In this document: positions 47,159-59,996 of the stretch, in pieces | Position numbering within the stretch: the stretch's first letter is position 1 | How the letters are laid out: each line of letters starts with the position of its first letter | Source: Antedon mediterranea | Lineage: Eukaryota > Animalia > Echinodermata | Assembly: GCF_964355755.1 (NCBI RefSeq) | Contig: NC_092673.1 | Span: 12,186,948 to 12,250,947 of the forward strand | Direction: 5' to 3' | DNA: 64,000 nt | Translations under genes and position numbers: made by a program | The notes under the pieces: model-generated | The model's database searches: none | Told to the model about the DNA's origin: nothing | The model's input: the letters and a program-made list of their open reading frames with translations, nothing else

Positions 47159-48497
47159 GTATAGTATACAATATATTTTTTTTGGCTTAGTTGGAGGTGA
47201 AGGGGTTTACCTTGGTTTTTCAGGCTTAGTTAGCCTATGCTCGTACGTCCCTCTTCAATCATCTTAGCATCTTCATCGGACTGGCTGAACTTTAGTTGGC
47301 CAGGTGGCCAGACCGTATCTTCTTTTCAAGAAGATGCTGGACTACAAACTTGAACTTTGTCGGCCTACTAAGCAAGCAAATAGACCTACCTTATTTTAGT
47401 CATAAAATCACACAAGTGTGGAAACAAATAGTTTGTAATCGATTTGAGATTCCATAATTCTTACTTATAGTTTCCTGCTTCAAATAGACAGAATCGGGCG
47501 GTGTCGAGGTCGCACATTAACATCTCCATATTCCTTGTATGCAATTCAGACTATCGTAAAAACGCCCTCATTTGTTGAGAGTGGTTGTCTGGTATGGTAT
47601 CATCTAGTCCTGACATTTTCAAAGCGGGTTCCTCCTCCAATGTTGGGGTACTGTCGTGCGTGAAAATACCTGTTAACCATAGTTAACAGAATCTCATCAG
47701 GTAGTCAATGGCCGTAGGATGTGATAACTCCCTCCACTTCACTGAATACCTGAAAGATATAAAGGATTTCTACAGAACATTTCTGAGCCAGGGGCTGAAA
47801 GGAAATATCGACCGTTCTTCCATGTCAGATCCATAACATGTATGGGGCTCTGGTTGAGTACACCTGTCCCACAGCGATGGTGGTCGCCCACATGAGGTGA
47901 GTTGCACCAACTCGATATCTGGATGGCGGATAATCCGGTCTGCTAGACCCGATCAACAGCTGCCGGTCTGCACTGGCTTTGATGAAACACAGTACACTGG
48001 TTGAATGTAAAGTCTGTCAATTGGCTGATCACACTGAAGTATATCCGGTGGAAGTGCCGGATGTAAGCAGTAGATACTGTACGTCTCCTGTGGAATGTAG
48101 TCTTTCAACCAGCAGCTGTTTCTTCGGCACATGGCTGAGACGTAAAATGTCCAAAACATGATAGTGACACGGTTCTCCAGTAGTGTCTCCTTGTATACCA
48201 GCAATATCCAAGCTCAGGATGCGGTGGTGGCTGGCAAACACAGACACAACACCCTCTTCAAGAGTCAAATCCTACATTTGTTTTTTGTTTGTTTGTTTTT
48301 TATTGATTTTCCACACAAAATGAATATGATAATTAAGTAACAATAAACAATATATATATACAAGAAAGATGTGTAGTTGGTGGGCAAATAAGTTCAAAGA
48401 ACTTTAAGGCTTACCCACCAGAAAAGATACAATAAACATTATCATTTCTGATTACCCTCCATCTCAAGTGCGGGAAAAGGAACGCAGGATAAGGAAC

Positions 48498-48610
48498 GAT
48501 CTGGAACGCGCTTCCTGTTGATTTAAGAGGAGCAAATTCGACACCTCTATTTAAACATCAATTTTAAAAATGAATAATGCTTGTATTGTTAGGCCGCCAT
48601 ATAAAAATTA
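48498..48610 (+). mobile_element. L2-like LINE 3' end fragment
   Basis: Matches the reverse complement of about 55580-55715 (IWNALPVDLRGANS..LFK). Confidence 0.6.
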
Positions 48611-50241
48611 CATAGATAGACATAAGGCCAGAAGCCTATCGAATTGGGTCATCGTCTAGTGGCTAGGAGCCACTACCAAGCCCACTGCACAGCCATGCTC
48701 ACTCAAGGTGCCTGATCTCACGATCAGTGGGAAACATGGTTGGACCGCCAAACAAAGCAATCTCATCTACCACTTCCACAGGCTGTAGTCCACTTACCAG
48801 CCTTACCATTCTTTCCACATCCCAGAGGTCCACATGTCAATACATTTTGTAGGTCTCCCTGTGGCCGATCAAAATAGAAACGGCCGTCGTATCAAATGAA
48901 GCCCATGACCCCCTCAAAAAGGTTGCTTGCCCACAACTACACTCAAGCCCTCTGTCGGGTACTCTGGGCCAGTGGTTTAAAACACGCCGGAGCAGGTGAC
49001 ACATGTGAATGGTCAAGACTCGCCACCGGGCAAGATTGGACTCACCAGGAGCACCTCCTCCATCTTGGAGACATCTGTTTCGCTGACATCGGCAAACGGT
49101 AACTGATCCATATCGATAACAGCTCATTGCAGATGATATAAAGAAAATCTCCACACAAAAGCATATTATCAATGATGGGGAAAACATAAACAAATTTGTG
49201 TTACTCTTTTGTTCCCAATGTAACTGTATTGATCGCATCGCATACTGTTCATAATAATTTCCACCCATCCCAGATTGGTTAGTTTTAATTTCTCCTCACA
49301 ACTGCCAGTCAGGCCTCCATAGTGGAAGTACTGTTTTACTGTTTTATTCTATAGATTAAATGACATTTAAAAGATACTTGTGGTTTTTGTAACTCAGCAA
49401 TGATTTTGTGCCTATAAATTGAGAGTAGATAACATTTATTAACAAGTTATTGCTACCAAGGACAAGTTTCTTAAAAGATATAATTGTTCATCTTTTAACA
49501 ATAAGAATCTTTTACTCTTTTTACATTTGTTGTTCATCTTCAGCGATATCACAATGTTTACAGTTTTTACTATCTTATCATTTCCAGACATTGCTTTGAT
49601 TTGTAGGTATATTTATGCAAAATCTTGTAATTTAGTTGTGCCAATTTGTATCTTCCATACCTTTGATATTACCATACAGTTTTCCTTAAATATGCATTCT
49701 TTATTAATACTTTTCCAAAGCATAGGATTGCTTTGATTGAGGATATTCATACAATCAATAAGTCCATTAGATTTACACTTTAGTTTTTCTAATATCATTT
49801 CATTTATTTTATCCCCATAAAAATACAATATAAAAAACGTGGACAAAGAAAAAGAAAACATCACACAAAACCAGGCAGAGACAGGATTCCTAAAAAGCGA
49901 ACTTAATCACTATCTAGTAGGTCTCCTATTGCACTGATTGTATAAAAAACATTTAGAATAAAATTTGTATAAACATGAAAAATGCATATATATAATACTA
50001 TTAATTATCATCTTCTTTATATTGTTAGCTCTTTAGATACGATAAACAGCGCCCTGCCTTAAACGCTCAGCCATTTGACTCGTTCCTCAGCCGTTCGACT
50101 TGAGCTCATAGTCTTTCACCAATAATGCTTTTTTTTTCAAAAATTGTAAATATGAGATTTTATACTGTGATTAAAAATGTTCATCTCATTTTGGATATTT
50201 ATGAATTTGTTAAACAACAAAAAATTTGTAAAAGTAACCTG

Positions 50242-50280
50242 CTTGACAGTTTCGCTGTCCTACTTGAGCTTCTTCAGAAG
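50242..50280 (-). ncRNA. Minimal hammerhead ribozyme motif at a Penelope junction
   Basis: cuu-CUGAAGA-a-GCU..AGC-GAAA-CUG-UC-aag; short helix I (cuu/aag), GUC cleavage triplet. Confidence 0.65.
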
Positions 50281-50800
50281 AAATGACAAATATGTCATTA
50301 AACAGATTGAAAGAAAGAAGGAGGTAAATGATATATGCACAGCCTTAGGACCGTGTGGATATCGCAAGTGGACTTTTGACTTTAGCCAAATGAAGAAAGT
50401 CTAATCACCCTGAACATAATCAAGGTAGCGTTACCAAGAACAAAACGTGTGTTACTCTTCCTGTTGTGGATCACAAAAATGTCAGCGGATTTATAAAAGT
50501 TATGGTATAGCCACTTTATTTAAACCACATAGCACTCTAAGGAAACAAAAGATCCCACCCCAAAAATCGGGTTTGGTATATAAAATTAATTGTCGTGACT
50601 TTTACATAAGACACACGGGCCGTCAACTCGGTGACAGACTCAAGGAACATAAATCTTTAGTCCCCAGCCAGTATGAACTTTCATTTAAATATACTACTTT
50701 ACTGAAGCAACAGTATGGATCTAACTCTCCAGTGACTGCTACCTAGTTTTAGTCTAGTAGTAGTAGCAGTCAATCACAACATGTTCATAATTCAACATGT
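50281..50800 (+). mobile_element. Penelope-like element fragment (GIY-YIG endonuclease)
   Basis: AL..CGY.KW, FKPHSTLR, GLVYKINC...YI..TGRQLGDRLKEHK. Confidence 0.8.
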
Positions 50801-50869
50801 GATTGAATCTAAAGAGACCACTTCTCTATTCGTGAGCAGCTCACATGACCTTGTCTGTCTGTACCATAC

Positions 50870-51095
50870 TAACTGTTTCCTTAGGCAAGATGCTTTACTC
50901 TCATTGTCTTGTCCTTCGGATGGGACGTAAAGCCCTCATACAGTAGTGCACATTAAAGAACTCGGTACACTATTCGCAAAGAGTAGGGAATCGTCTCTTA
51001 GTGTAATAATCTGGCGCTGCTGTGGGTTCCGTGGAGGGCCTAATCCGAATTTCCTCAATTTTCCAGTTAAGCATGACAAATACCTTTACCTTTAC
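50870..51095 (+). mobile_element. Deu/Nin-domain SINE, 5'-truncated
   Basis: TCCTTAGGCAAG..., GTCCTTCGGATGGGACGTAAA, CATTAAAGA..., AAGAGTAGGG resemble the Deu/Nin core as recalled; (TTTACC)n tail. Confidence 0.65.
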
Positions 51096-51362
51096 CAACA
51101 TCTGCAACTGAGCTGCCAAGTTGCACACACTTGGCATATCAAATCACCTTATATGTAGCCAAATGCAATTCAAGATATCTCCAGTAAAAATGTCCAGTTG
51201 CTGTGCACAAGATCGTCCACACCTAAAAGCTAATTGTTCATGAAATACTGTGTAACAACTGTTCCCTATTATCCGTTCCAGTTAGTTTTTCCAATAACCA
51301 AAGTTAGGCTAACAGATCTGTTGTTCATCAAAGTGAAACACTTCCTTTTTTATTGTTACTAG

Positions 51363-51613
51363 ATGCATAATGAACTGTGAGACATTCTTGAACCCTTCAG
51401 AAAGACTGATCCTCTCTGGTAAATGTGGTGATTGCACAGAGTTTACAAGGCCTTCTTACTTGTGGTACTTAATACCAAAGAGCACAAGTAACAGGAAACA
51501 AGAATTGGTATGGGGTCATGATACCACAACAAGTCAAGTCAATGCCTATCTTTCACTTCATGCTAATGTTTTTAATGCTGAAAATTCTGAAATATACACC
51601 TTGCGACTAACAA
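51363..51613 (+). CDS. PKD1-like exon 8 (REJ)
   Basis: CIMNCETFLNPSERLILSGKCGDC...YLW; phases 2/1; donor GTAAGT. Confidence 0.9.
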
Positions 51614-54265
51614 GTAAGTACTGTTGATAGTGTTATTCCTATTTCAGTCATATCCTGTTGCTAACACAGGAAGAGACCCCTGGTTTAGCACTCCTAAAGG
51701 GACTCTGTAATATTGGGTAGTTGCATTGGGCTGCTTATGCTCGGAGTTTAGCCAGGCAGTTAGCAGGGGTCTTTACATTAAGGTTTTTTAACTAGACAAG
51801 AGGACCAGTAAATTTCTTTTTTACTGGAACTCCCCTTCTTTTCTCTGACACAGAATATCGGCCTTAACATTAACAATCAAAATACTGTTCATACCTGAAC
51901 ATTAACTTAAAATAAATAAAAACGAGGTACAGAAAATCAATCTATTAGTTCAGGTATAAAATATTTCCTAAAGCCTTGTTTACACTATCTTTTATTTATT
52001 TGTCAAAAAAAGTTTTATGGTATAGACAAGGCTTAAGGAAATTGTGAAGCTCTAGGTGAATCTATATATAAATTATGGTTCATTCTGACATAGGCATGCA
52101 CAATGCAAAAACTTTGGTACCTACCTTATCTATCTCAGATGTACCGCGAAACGTAGATTTGATAACATTAGTTTTCACATCGACGCTATTGTTCCATATT
52201 TCTATCTTAGGAAGATATTATAAAGAGTTTTTTAACAAAATTTATGATTGCAACAGTAGATTTTCAACTCAATTTCAATTCTTCGCGGTCAAAGTAATTT
52301 CCGGGTTCACCTTGCAACAACCTGGTTTCAACTATTTTCTCTCTTTTATACACAAGGGAGCAGTTAAAATAATAGATTTGACCCTAAAGGTGACTGGAAA
52401 CAGGGACTTTCCATCAATCAATACAGTGTCCCTTTGGAAGAAGGAAGAAAAAAACAGATAGTAGAACTGGAGCTTAAGTTAGCCATTAGACATTAGCCAT
52501 AGCCATTTCAGTTTTTTGTTTATTTTAGGAACGGACCGCGCGTGTGTGAGGGTACAGTAGTTAAAAAATAAAAATTATACTGCAAATTAATAAAGATCAA
52601 ATTAAATATACGCCATAAAGAATCGGAATATATTGTGGGAAATATAGTATTATAAAATTACATAGGGAGATTTGATGATAAGACATTTTGTTTAAAATTG
52701 AGTTAAATCCTGATAGTTGATTGAGTAAGCTGGCAGGAATAATTGTAGGCTATCTGTGTCCCGTAAGGACCGAGATGTCTGCCCATGTTGCAAGACGTAA
52801 TGTCTTCTTTCTTGGGCCCACTCCGTCACGGCAGGTAGTTTCAAAAGATGTTTAAATTAAATACTGTATTAATAATTATTAGGATGGTATTTATTTGAAT
52901 AAACGCCTCTCCAATAAAACATCACTTTGAATAATAATCCCCCAACCCAACTATATAATAAACGCCCATCCACATTTATAATAACACAATTATACTATTT
53001 GTAGTAGAATTCATCGCACTGTTATCTACAATTTACCAAGCATTTGTTATTCTTTTTTACCACTTTTCATATCTATTAGAGGATTTCATTTGATTATGAA
53101 TGTTACCATATTATTAAAACTAAAAAAATTAACATATATCCCTCGAATAAGCATCTCCCTCAAATGAACTCCGCCTCCCCAAAAGGCCCTACCAATAAAC
53201 ACTATACTTTAAAATGTTATTAATCATCTAAAACACTGTGAAAGTTTAGTTTTACGAATGTCAAGCATTTTAAATAATGGTAACCGACAAAAAACGTACA
53301 AGGAGAACATTTTTATCATTCCGAGAACCATCGTCTACACTTCCTAGAGGGGGAGCTCGCTTCGATCGCTCCTCCTCTAGTCGAGTGAAATTATTGACAT
53401 TTTATCAGATTTTACTAAAATTGTAACTGGTCAAGCGGACTTGTTATTTGAATATTTAACTAGTCCACCACACATTTAACAGGCCGTTGGTCAGCGGACC
53501 AGTGTTTTTTCTAACAGTGAGTAAGCGTTCATAGCTGTAGTTCATGACTGTAGCCACTTTTCATATCAAAATAGAATGACAGATAGGAATACATACAGCA
53601 ACTTGCAAATTTGAGAACACCTGAACAATCTGTTAGATGTATGACTTCTTCGAAGTAAGTTTTCAAAAATAATGGTAGAGGATAGTGTCGTGATGTATTT
53701 CTGGGAATGTAGTACATATAATTTAATTATAATTTAGAATACATTTTATAAAAATTTACAAATTGTGTGATCAATTCGTCGGCGACACCACTAATGTACA
53801 GACACTACGCGCGTGTAATGGATTTTGCATTTTCACGAACTGACACTTGTTTAGCCTTAACATACTAGTTCATAGAGTACAATAAAATGACACCTTTCAA
53901 TAGCTGAATTGTCTAGCTTTATAGGCGTGTAAATAAAACATGCCAATTTCTATAAGCTAAAATTATGTGTTTTGTGAAGCTCTCTACTTCTTCTTTTTTT
54001 CTTTTTTTTTTCTTTTCTTTTTTTTTTCGCGCAACGTATGGTTATGTAAAATGACGCGGTTAGTTTTACTTTGTGGTTTTGCTGACGAATTATTGAGAAA
54101 CAAGATTTTTAAAACAGGCTAGAGCCGGGCCAGACTTCATTCATGGTATTCATCATCTAATCTATATGTAGATTTTGTTGTTGGTAATAATGATGACATT
54201 GGCATTGACCAGGTGATGGTGATTGTGGTGATAATAATAATAGTAATATTGTATTTTAATATTAG

Positions 54266-54502
54266 TTAGAAGTTGGAGTGGTTCATCCAGCTACTCAGAG
54301 TTTATGTTTTCAATAAATGCTCGGCCTAGAGGGGGAACGTGTTCTGTCAACCCGACTGAAGGCATTGTGCTATCAACTTTATTTGCAATTCAGTGTCTTG
54401 AATTCTATGATGATGATATTCCACTACACTATGTGGTGCATGCTGAGACAGGTGCTGAAGTGGTTGCAGGGGTCAGCTCATTGAAAGACCACTCAGAAGA
54501 TG
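54266..54502 (+). CDS. PKD1-like exon 9 (REJ)
   Basis: NARPRGGTCSVNPTEG..L.T.F.I.C..F.DDDIPL.Y REJ motif; phases 1/1. Confidence 0.9.
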
Positions 54503-55024
54503 GTAAACATGTGTATTTAATTTATATCATACTTATTTTAATTATTTATTGATTTTTATTTACCCTCCCACTTTCGGCAAGGGCTTGATTGATATTGAAG
54601 TACTATAGTAATTTGAGGCTTCATTTGGATGTGGGCAAAGTTTTTGTATTAAATACTGTACAATTAATTGAAATTTTAATTGATGTTGTTTAGTTACCAT
54701 ACAGAATGCCTTTCTTGTTTGTGGTTAATTGGTTCTATTCTAATGACTGTGATAGCAGCCCTCATTAATTTTAGTAATTTCATCTTAGTTTAGTTTTTAA
54801 TGGTGTCCAACTAAAAAAATCAAACTAACAATTAATTCAAGTGAAGGGAAAGAATGCTTATATGTTGCGTTGCTGTACTACCCAAATATAAAAAATTATA
54901 TTGTTATAGGACATAAGCAAAATTTGCGATAGTTGGACAGGAATGAAGTAGATTATTTCTACAGAAATATTTTAACCAATGGGAATCACGAAATTTATTG
55001 TACACTATTATTTTGTTTGATTAG

Positions 55025-55170
55025 GTAATTTGATATACTATGGTGTTGATCCTGTTTTTACTCCAACACTACTACCAATTGGACGGGATGAAAATAACTT
55101 TATAGTCAAAATAAATATAAAAGTTTTAGATGCATATGGAGCATATACGGACACTTTTCTGGATGTTAAG
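55025..55170 (+). CDS. PKD1-like exon 10 (end of REJ)
   Basis: LIYYG...LLPIG...VLDAYGA; phases 1/0. Confidence 0.88.
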
Positions 55171-55555
55171 GTATCTTAATTGTTTATCTTTATTTTCTGG
55201 TTATATTTGTTTGTAAAAAATTAGAATATAAGTAGGTCGCGTAATTTCATCTATACTTTATGTAAGTACAATATTTACTGTATATGAATATATTCATATG
55301 ACAATAGGCACAATTTATCACTATATAAGTGTATGACATACTTTTATACTTGCTGTACGTTTGGTTTACGCGGATAAAACAATAAGATTGTTGTGCAGAT
55401 TATCACAAAGAAGACATAATTCGTCAATGTGAAAAGATCTTTTTTTTTTTATTATGAAGGCACTTTGTAATGTCTTTTGTATTTGATTTTGTAAATCGCA
55501 AAAAAATTCATTTTTTTTCTTATTCTGATTTGTGTACATTTGAATAATAAATAAA

Positions 55556-55815
55556 TGATTCTATTCTATTCTATCAGGTTTTTATATGGCGCCCTACAAA
55601 AAACAGAGCGCCTAACAATACTTAGTAATTAATTAAAAAGAAAAGTTTTAAGTTGACGTTTAAATAGAGGTACCGAATTCGCTCCTCTCAAATCGACAGG
55701 TAGCGCGTTCCAGATCCGCGGAGTGGCGACAGAAAAAGCATTGTCACCAGATTTCCGATTAGATCGTGGAAAGAAAAGTCGGGTGGGATCATTAGAGGAG
55801 CGAAGTCGACACCTG
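55556..55815 (-). mobile_element. L2-like LINE 3' end
   Basis: LRSS....L..PRS..KSGDNAFSVATPRIWNALP...FKRQLKTFLF, short 3'UTR, (ATAGA)n tail. Confidence 0.8.
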
Positions 55816-55943
55816 TAATTAAATGTACAAAGGAACAACATGATGTGACAATAGGAAAAATAATGAAAATAGAAAACTATTAACAATTTTTAAACAATTG
55901 CTAACAATTATTTCTATTGTATTATTGTATTGATCTTCCCTAG

Positions 55944-56183
55944 GTGATGCCCCCACAAGTTGTTGAAGGTAAAGACATTGAAGATGTAGCACTAGAAATG
56001 ACCACGGCAGAAGATTCCAAGTTAGATCAGCTGCTTACAGATGGAGATACACAATCAGCTGTACAGCTTATTACAACTGTTGGTTCCATACTCAATGCAG
56101 AAGCAGAGAAAAGTCACTCAGAATCAGGTAGTATTACCAAGAAGAAAGTAAAGAAAGAAGAAAAGAAGCAGAAGAGAACTGAA
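55944..56183 (+). CDS. PKD1-like exon 11 (helical region after REJ)
   Basis: LLTDGDTQSAVQLITTVGSILN; phases 0/0. Confidence 0.85.
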
Positions 56184-56879
56184 GTTAGTTTTTTATAGTT
56201 CTTCAAAACATCCCTACAATTGTTGATGTTTATAAAAAAAATTATGAATATATTTTACCATGAAAACATTAAACCAGGTCATTCCTTGTCTTTAATGTAT
56301 ACTCTATGGTAAAAGAGAAAACAATGCACTACCTAAAGTGAATACCCCCTAAAGTAGCTCACATTAAATGTCCTCTCATAGATGGTGGCTTAAAGCCTAG
56401 CCTATAGGATAGTGCTTCTGCGTTTTTCTATGCTTGTGTTTGTTTTATGTAATTTATGCTTTTTGTATTATTGTTTTTATTTTTCTGGATAATAAATGAA
56501 TATGAATATGAGTTTGTAGGCCTACAGCTAGTAAACATCGGTAATTTACGAAAATCATATGCTAGCCATATTCCTAGCCTGGAATTGTCTTTCTTTTTTG
56601 GCAGAATCTGTTATGTTAAAACAAATCAGGGAAGTTTTGGTTCTTCCTTGTTTTTAATCTCAATATCATACCAAAAGTGGGTGCATGAACCAAAATGTCA
56701 ATCCTTTAGGCTTATATTTATAGCGGGCTGCTTAAAGCATTAGAATTATTATCATATAGTATTTAATTTTAAATTAGATTGAAAACCATTTGGGAAAATT
56801 TCTATATTATTTATTTTTTGATGAATGCAATACAGTATATAACTGTCTATTGTCGGATATACTAATTTTATCTGAATAG

Positions 56880-57005
56880 GCACGTGAAGCAATTATTGAA
56901 AGTATTCAAAACGTTGAAATACGTGATATGGAATCTCTGAAGCAAACGTCTGCTGCTATCACTCAAGTAACTCAAGAAAGAGAAGAGATATCAGACAAAG
57001 CACAG
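56880..57005 (+). CDS. PKD1-like exon 12
   Basis: REAIIESI....LKQTSAAITQVT...EIS..AQ; phases 0/0. Confidence 0.82.
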
Positions 57006-57146
57006 GTTATTAATAAATACATTTTATTTTATAATGATAGAATAGTTTTATATCAGAATTTTTTTAGACATTGTAGGAACGAGTGTTTTACTTTCTGTAT
57101 TAAAATGGTATATCCAATGATTACATTGTTTTTTACTTATTTATTT

Positions 57147-58006
57147 ACTGTATATATTTCGGTGTATAAGTCGCACCTGTGTATAAGATGCACCCACTAA
57201 CTAAGAGTAAAATATCAGTATTTTTTATATTGTCGATGTATAAGACACACTTTATATTTCATCAAAACAATGTTTTTTTAAATTGTAATCAATATTATTG
57301 TAATAATATACAGTATTTTGTATACAACAGCGTCCTTTATTTATATTTTTTCTTACCTAGGCTCGGCCGCGCCCAGCCTCAACAAGAAGGGAAGTCCCCC
57401 ATTCCGTCAGTTTTTTCTAATTGTTATTCATGAGTTTCGCACCCGCAACATAACATCGAGTGCATGACCGTGTGTATCACGTGTGTGTGGGTTAGCCTTT
57501 TTCGAGAGGGGGCACGTTTTCACGGACAATCGTATTCGATTAGTATCTATGTATCCGAGAAGTGTGTACGCTAGGTCCATGGTATAATCAACTGGAGAAT
57601 ATACTAGTCGAATACTGTACACCATGTGGCCGCCAAGAAGGGCTCGCGACGGAGTACAGCGGGCGGCGATCGTGCGTATAACTATATACTATTCCAATCG
57701 TAAACGTTTACAAATGAAATTTTATCGGAGCACCTAAAACAGCTCCAGAATGAACAAATCTTTTCATCATATTTATTATAACATCATGCTATTAAAATGC
57801 CTTGAAAACTAGGCAAAAGCAGGTTGCTGTTACGTTAGTACACTGTAGCTAGGCCTACTCCTAGTACTACCTGTAGGCCTTAACCTTAAAAATCCCAAGC
57901 CTAGCCAACGAGGTGTCGATATGTACAATCTGTGTGGTGAGGCATTTATGTTTGGTGTATAAGACGCACCCTTAATTTAGAGGTCAAATTTGCGTGTCAA
58001 AAGTGC
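57147..58006. mobile_element. Tc1/mariner (pogo/Tigger-like) MITE, right end truncated
   Basis: TA-CTGTATAT..TTCGGTGTATAAGTCGCAC start and repeated GTATAAGACGCAC motifs near both ends. Confidence 0.6.
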
Positions 58007-59053
58007 TACTAAATTGTTTGCGTAATTTTACGTATCCGAAAATGCTGAAAAGTACGTGTTCACATTTGGCACACTATGTTTATTGAGGGGCCGCGCACGA
58101 TAGGCTATACCACTTTTCTGAATTTTTTTAAGGATAAACACTAATTTTACATGTTGTTACGTCACATATCAACTACGCAACCTCCTCTGTTGTGTACCGC
58201 TATGGCCGGATCGACAAATATCATGCCGGGTCGCCAAATTAAAACAGGGAATGATTGCGTCGTTGAAGTTTGAATTAATTACACCTATCCTTTGAACAGA
58301 ATAATTTTCGTAAATCACGGTTTGGCCGTGGCCATTGATATCAGTGCTTAGTATGTTCGAGTCCCCGATATGTGTAAAACCACAATGTAATGACAAACTA
58401 GCAAAAAAGATACTAAACCTCACACAAAAAATTGCAAAATATAAAAAAAACCATTCAAATTTTAAAAAATGTAAATGAACAAAAATAAACACACACACAA
58501 ATACGAATGCAAATAGGTGTCGTGTTTCCACAAAATAACAAATATCTACGAAAACATACAAATTATTTTATTATTCCAATACTTCAAATCTTAATTCTAT
58601 ATCTTACTAAATGAACGTGCATGTCCCTCTCATGCACGTTGTCATTTTCTGATGCGCACAGTTACAGCACAAAGTCCCATATTGCTTTCATTTTGTAGCT
58701 TACAGATTCCAAAATAAAGGAATACTTCGTGTATAACAAAATCAATGGTGTAAATAGTTTCAAATTTGATTCTTGACAATTTGTTTTGTTATAAATAATT
58801 TTTCAGGGGCCGAGAAGAGTGCGCTTTTATTATACTTCTTTACTACTTAGTCATCCCATGCGAATTATTATTAAGGCAGACAAGACCGTGCGGAGCATGA
58901 GTTACTACGAGACCACAATTTAATTACAAAAGTAGCAAATAGGTAACAAATATCTGCCACACAAAAAAAATGCAAAATATCAAAACCATTGAAAAAAATG
59001 TAAATGAATAAAATGAACACACACAAACAAAATGATTCCAAATGGTTTGATAT

Positions 59054-59399
59054 TGTAACGTTTTTAGATTAGGTCACGTTAAGAACCTCCGGGTTCGACA
59101 GCAGGTGTGTCCCACTGACTTATCTAGTTGGTCTACGTCAAAATAATCAAATAAAAGACTACACACTAAATCCGGTTTCAATTGCTTTAATCAAAACTCA
59201 CCCTTCATAATCGAAGTAAATCAATGAAATATCCACAAGACAAAGTATAAAAATTACAGGTACAGTACAACAATATGACAAGGAGGCTCATGCGTCCGTT
59301 CAGGTCCAGTGCTCTGAATCAACTCTCCTCACATGGCCCGGGATATCCCTTATAAATGAACCGTACTTAATTGTAGAGGGCGCATTTTCATCACATTAC
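59054..59399 (-). repeat. 3' LTR
   Basis: Direct repeat of 62695-63021 with a few substitutions and small indels. Confidence 0.9.
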
Positions 59400-59522
59400 C
59401 CCCACCTTAGAGAGATTTGTCTCTTGAATCTTGTGAAGTCGAATCCAAAGGAACAAATTTAAACAAACTAAAATAAAATACAAATATAACGAAATGTAGC
59501 TAGATATAATGTCTTTAAAGAA

Positions 59523-59996
59523 CTAAAATCGATAAGTCCGCTTGATTGTCTCCACCTTCGTTACCCAACCATCTTCCATGAAATGCTTAATCGCCACTTC
59601 CTCGACTACTTCTCGCACTCTGCTCATCAGCCCTGGATGCAAGGCGGACCCTTGATCAGAAGACTCTGTGTCAATTGGCTCCGTCAATTGCTTCCTCTGC
59701 TCCAGGCTAAGGTATGACGGCTTTCCACCACTAAGCCTCCTCACTTTCACTTTAGGCTGCGGGAGGTCACTCAGGACCGAGTCTACTAGAGACTGTGACC
59801 CCGGAGAGAGCGTCAATACATCCGCATCAACCGGCAGGGTTTGAGGTTCAGGCTCCCGTCTCTTAACCCTATGGGTCCGTTTCAAGTGACTGTGCAGCTT
59901 CTCAGCCGTCTTGAATATCCCCTTTGACTTTGCACTGATGTCCTTTCTTTTCTGCCGGTACTGCAGCCGGTTTACCGTCAGATCTACGGTCAGGAT
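59523..59996 (-). pseudogene. Extra ORF between the pol tail and the 3' LTR; possible frameshifted C2H2 zinc-finger protein
   Basis: HQCKV in one frame and GIFKTAEKLHSHLKRTH in the next; preceded by a strong acceptor-like TTTTTTTGTTCAACAG. Confidence 0.45.

Larger units (their letters stand above)
38303..57005 (+). other. Polycystin-1/REJ family receptor gene (PKD1L1-like architecture), first 12 coding exons; 3' part outside the window
   Basis: Twelve GT-AG-bounded exons splice with matching phases into 1200 open codons: hydrophobic leader, PKD-like Ig domains, REJ module, start of a helical region. Confidence 0.88.

Noticed and set aside
59050-59053. ATAT as TSD of the LTR element
   Set aside because: A matching ATAT at 63019-63022 overlaps the expected LTR end, so the TSD cannot be called cleanly.
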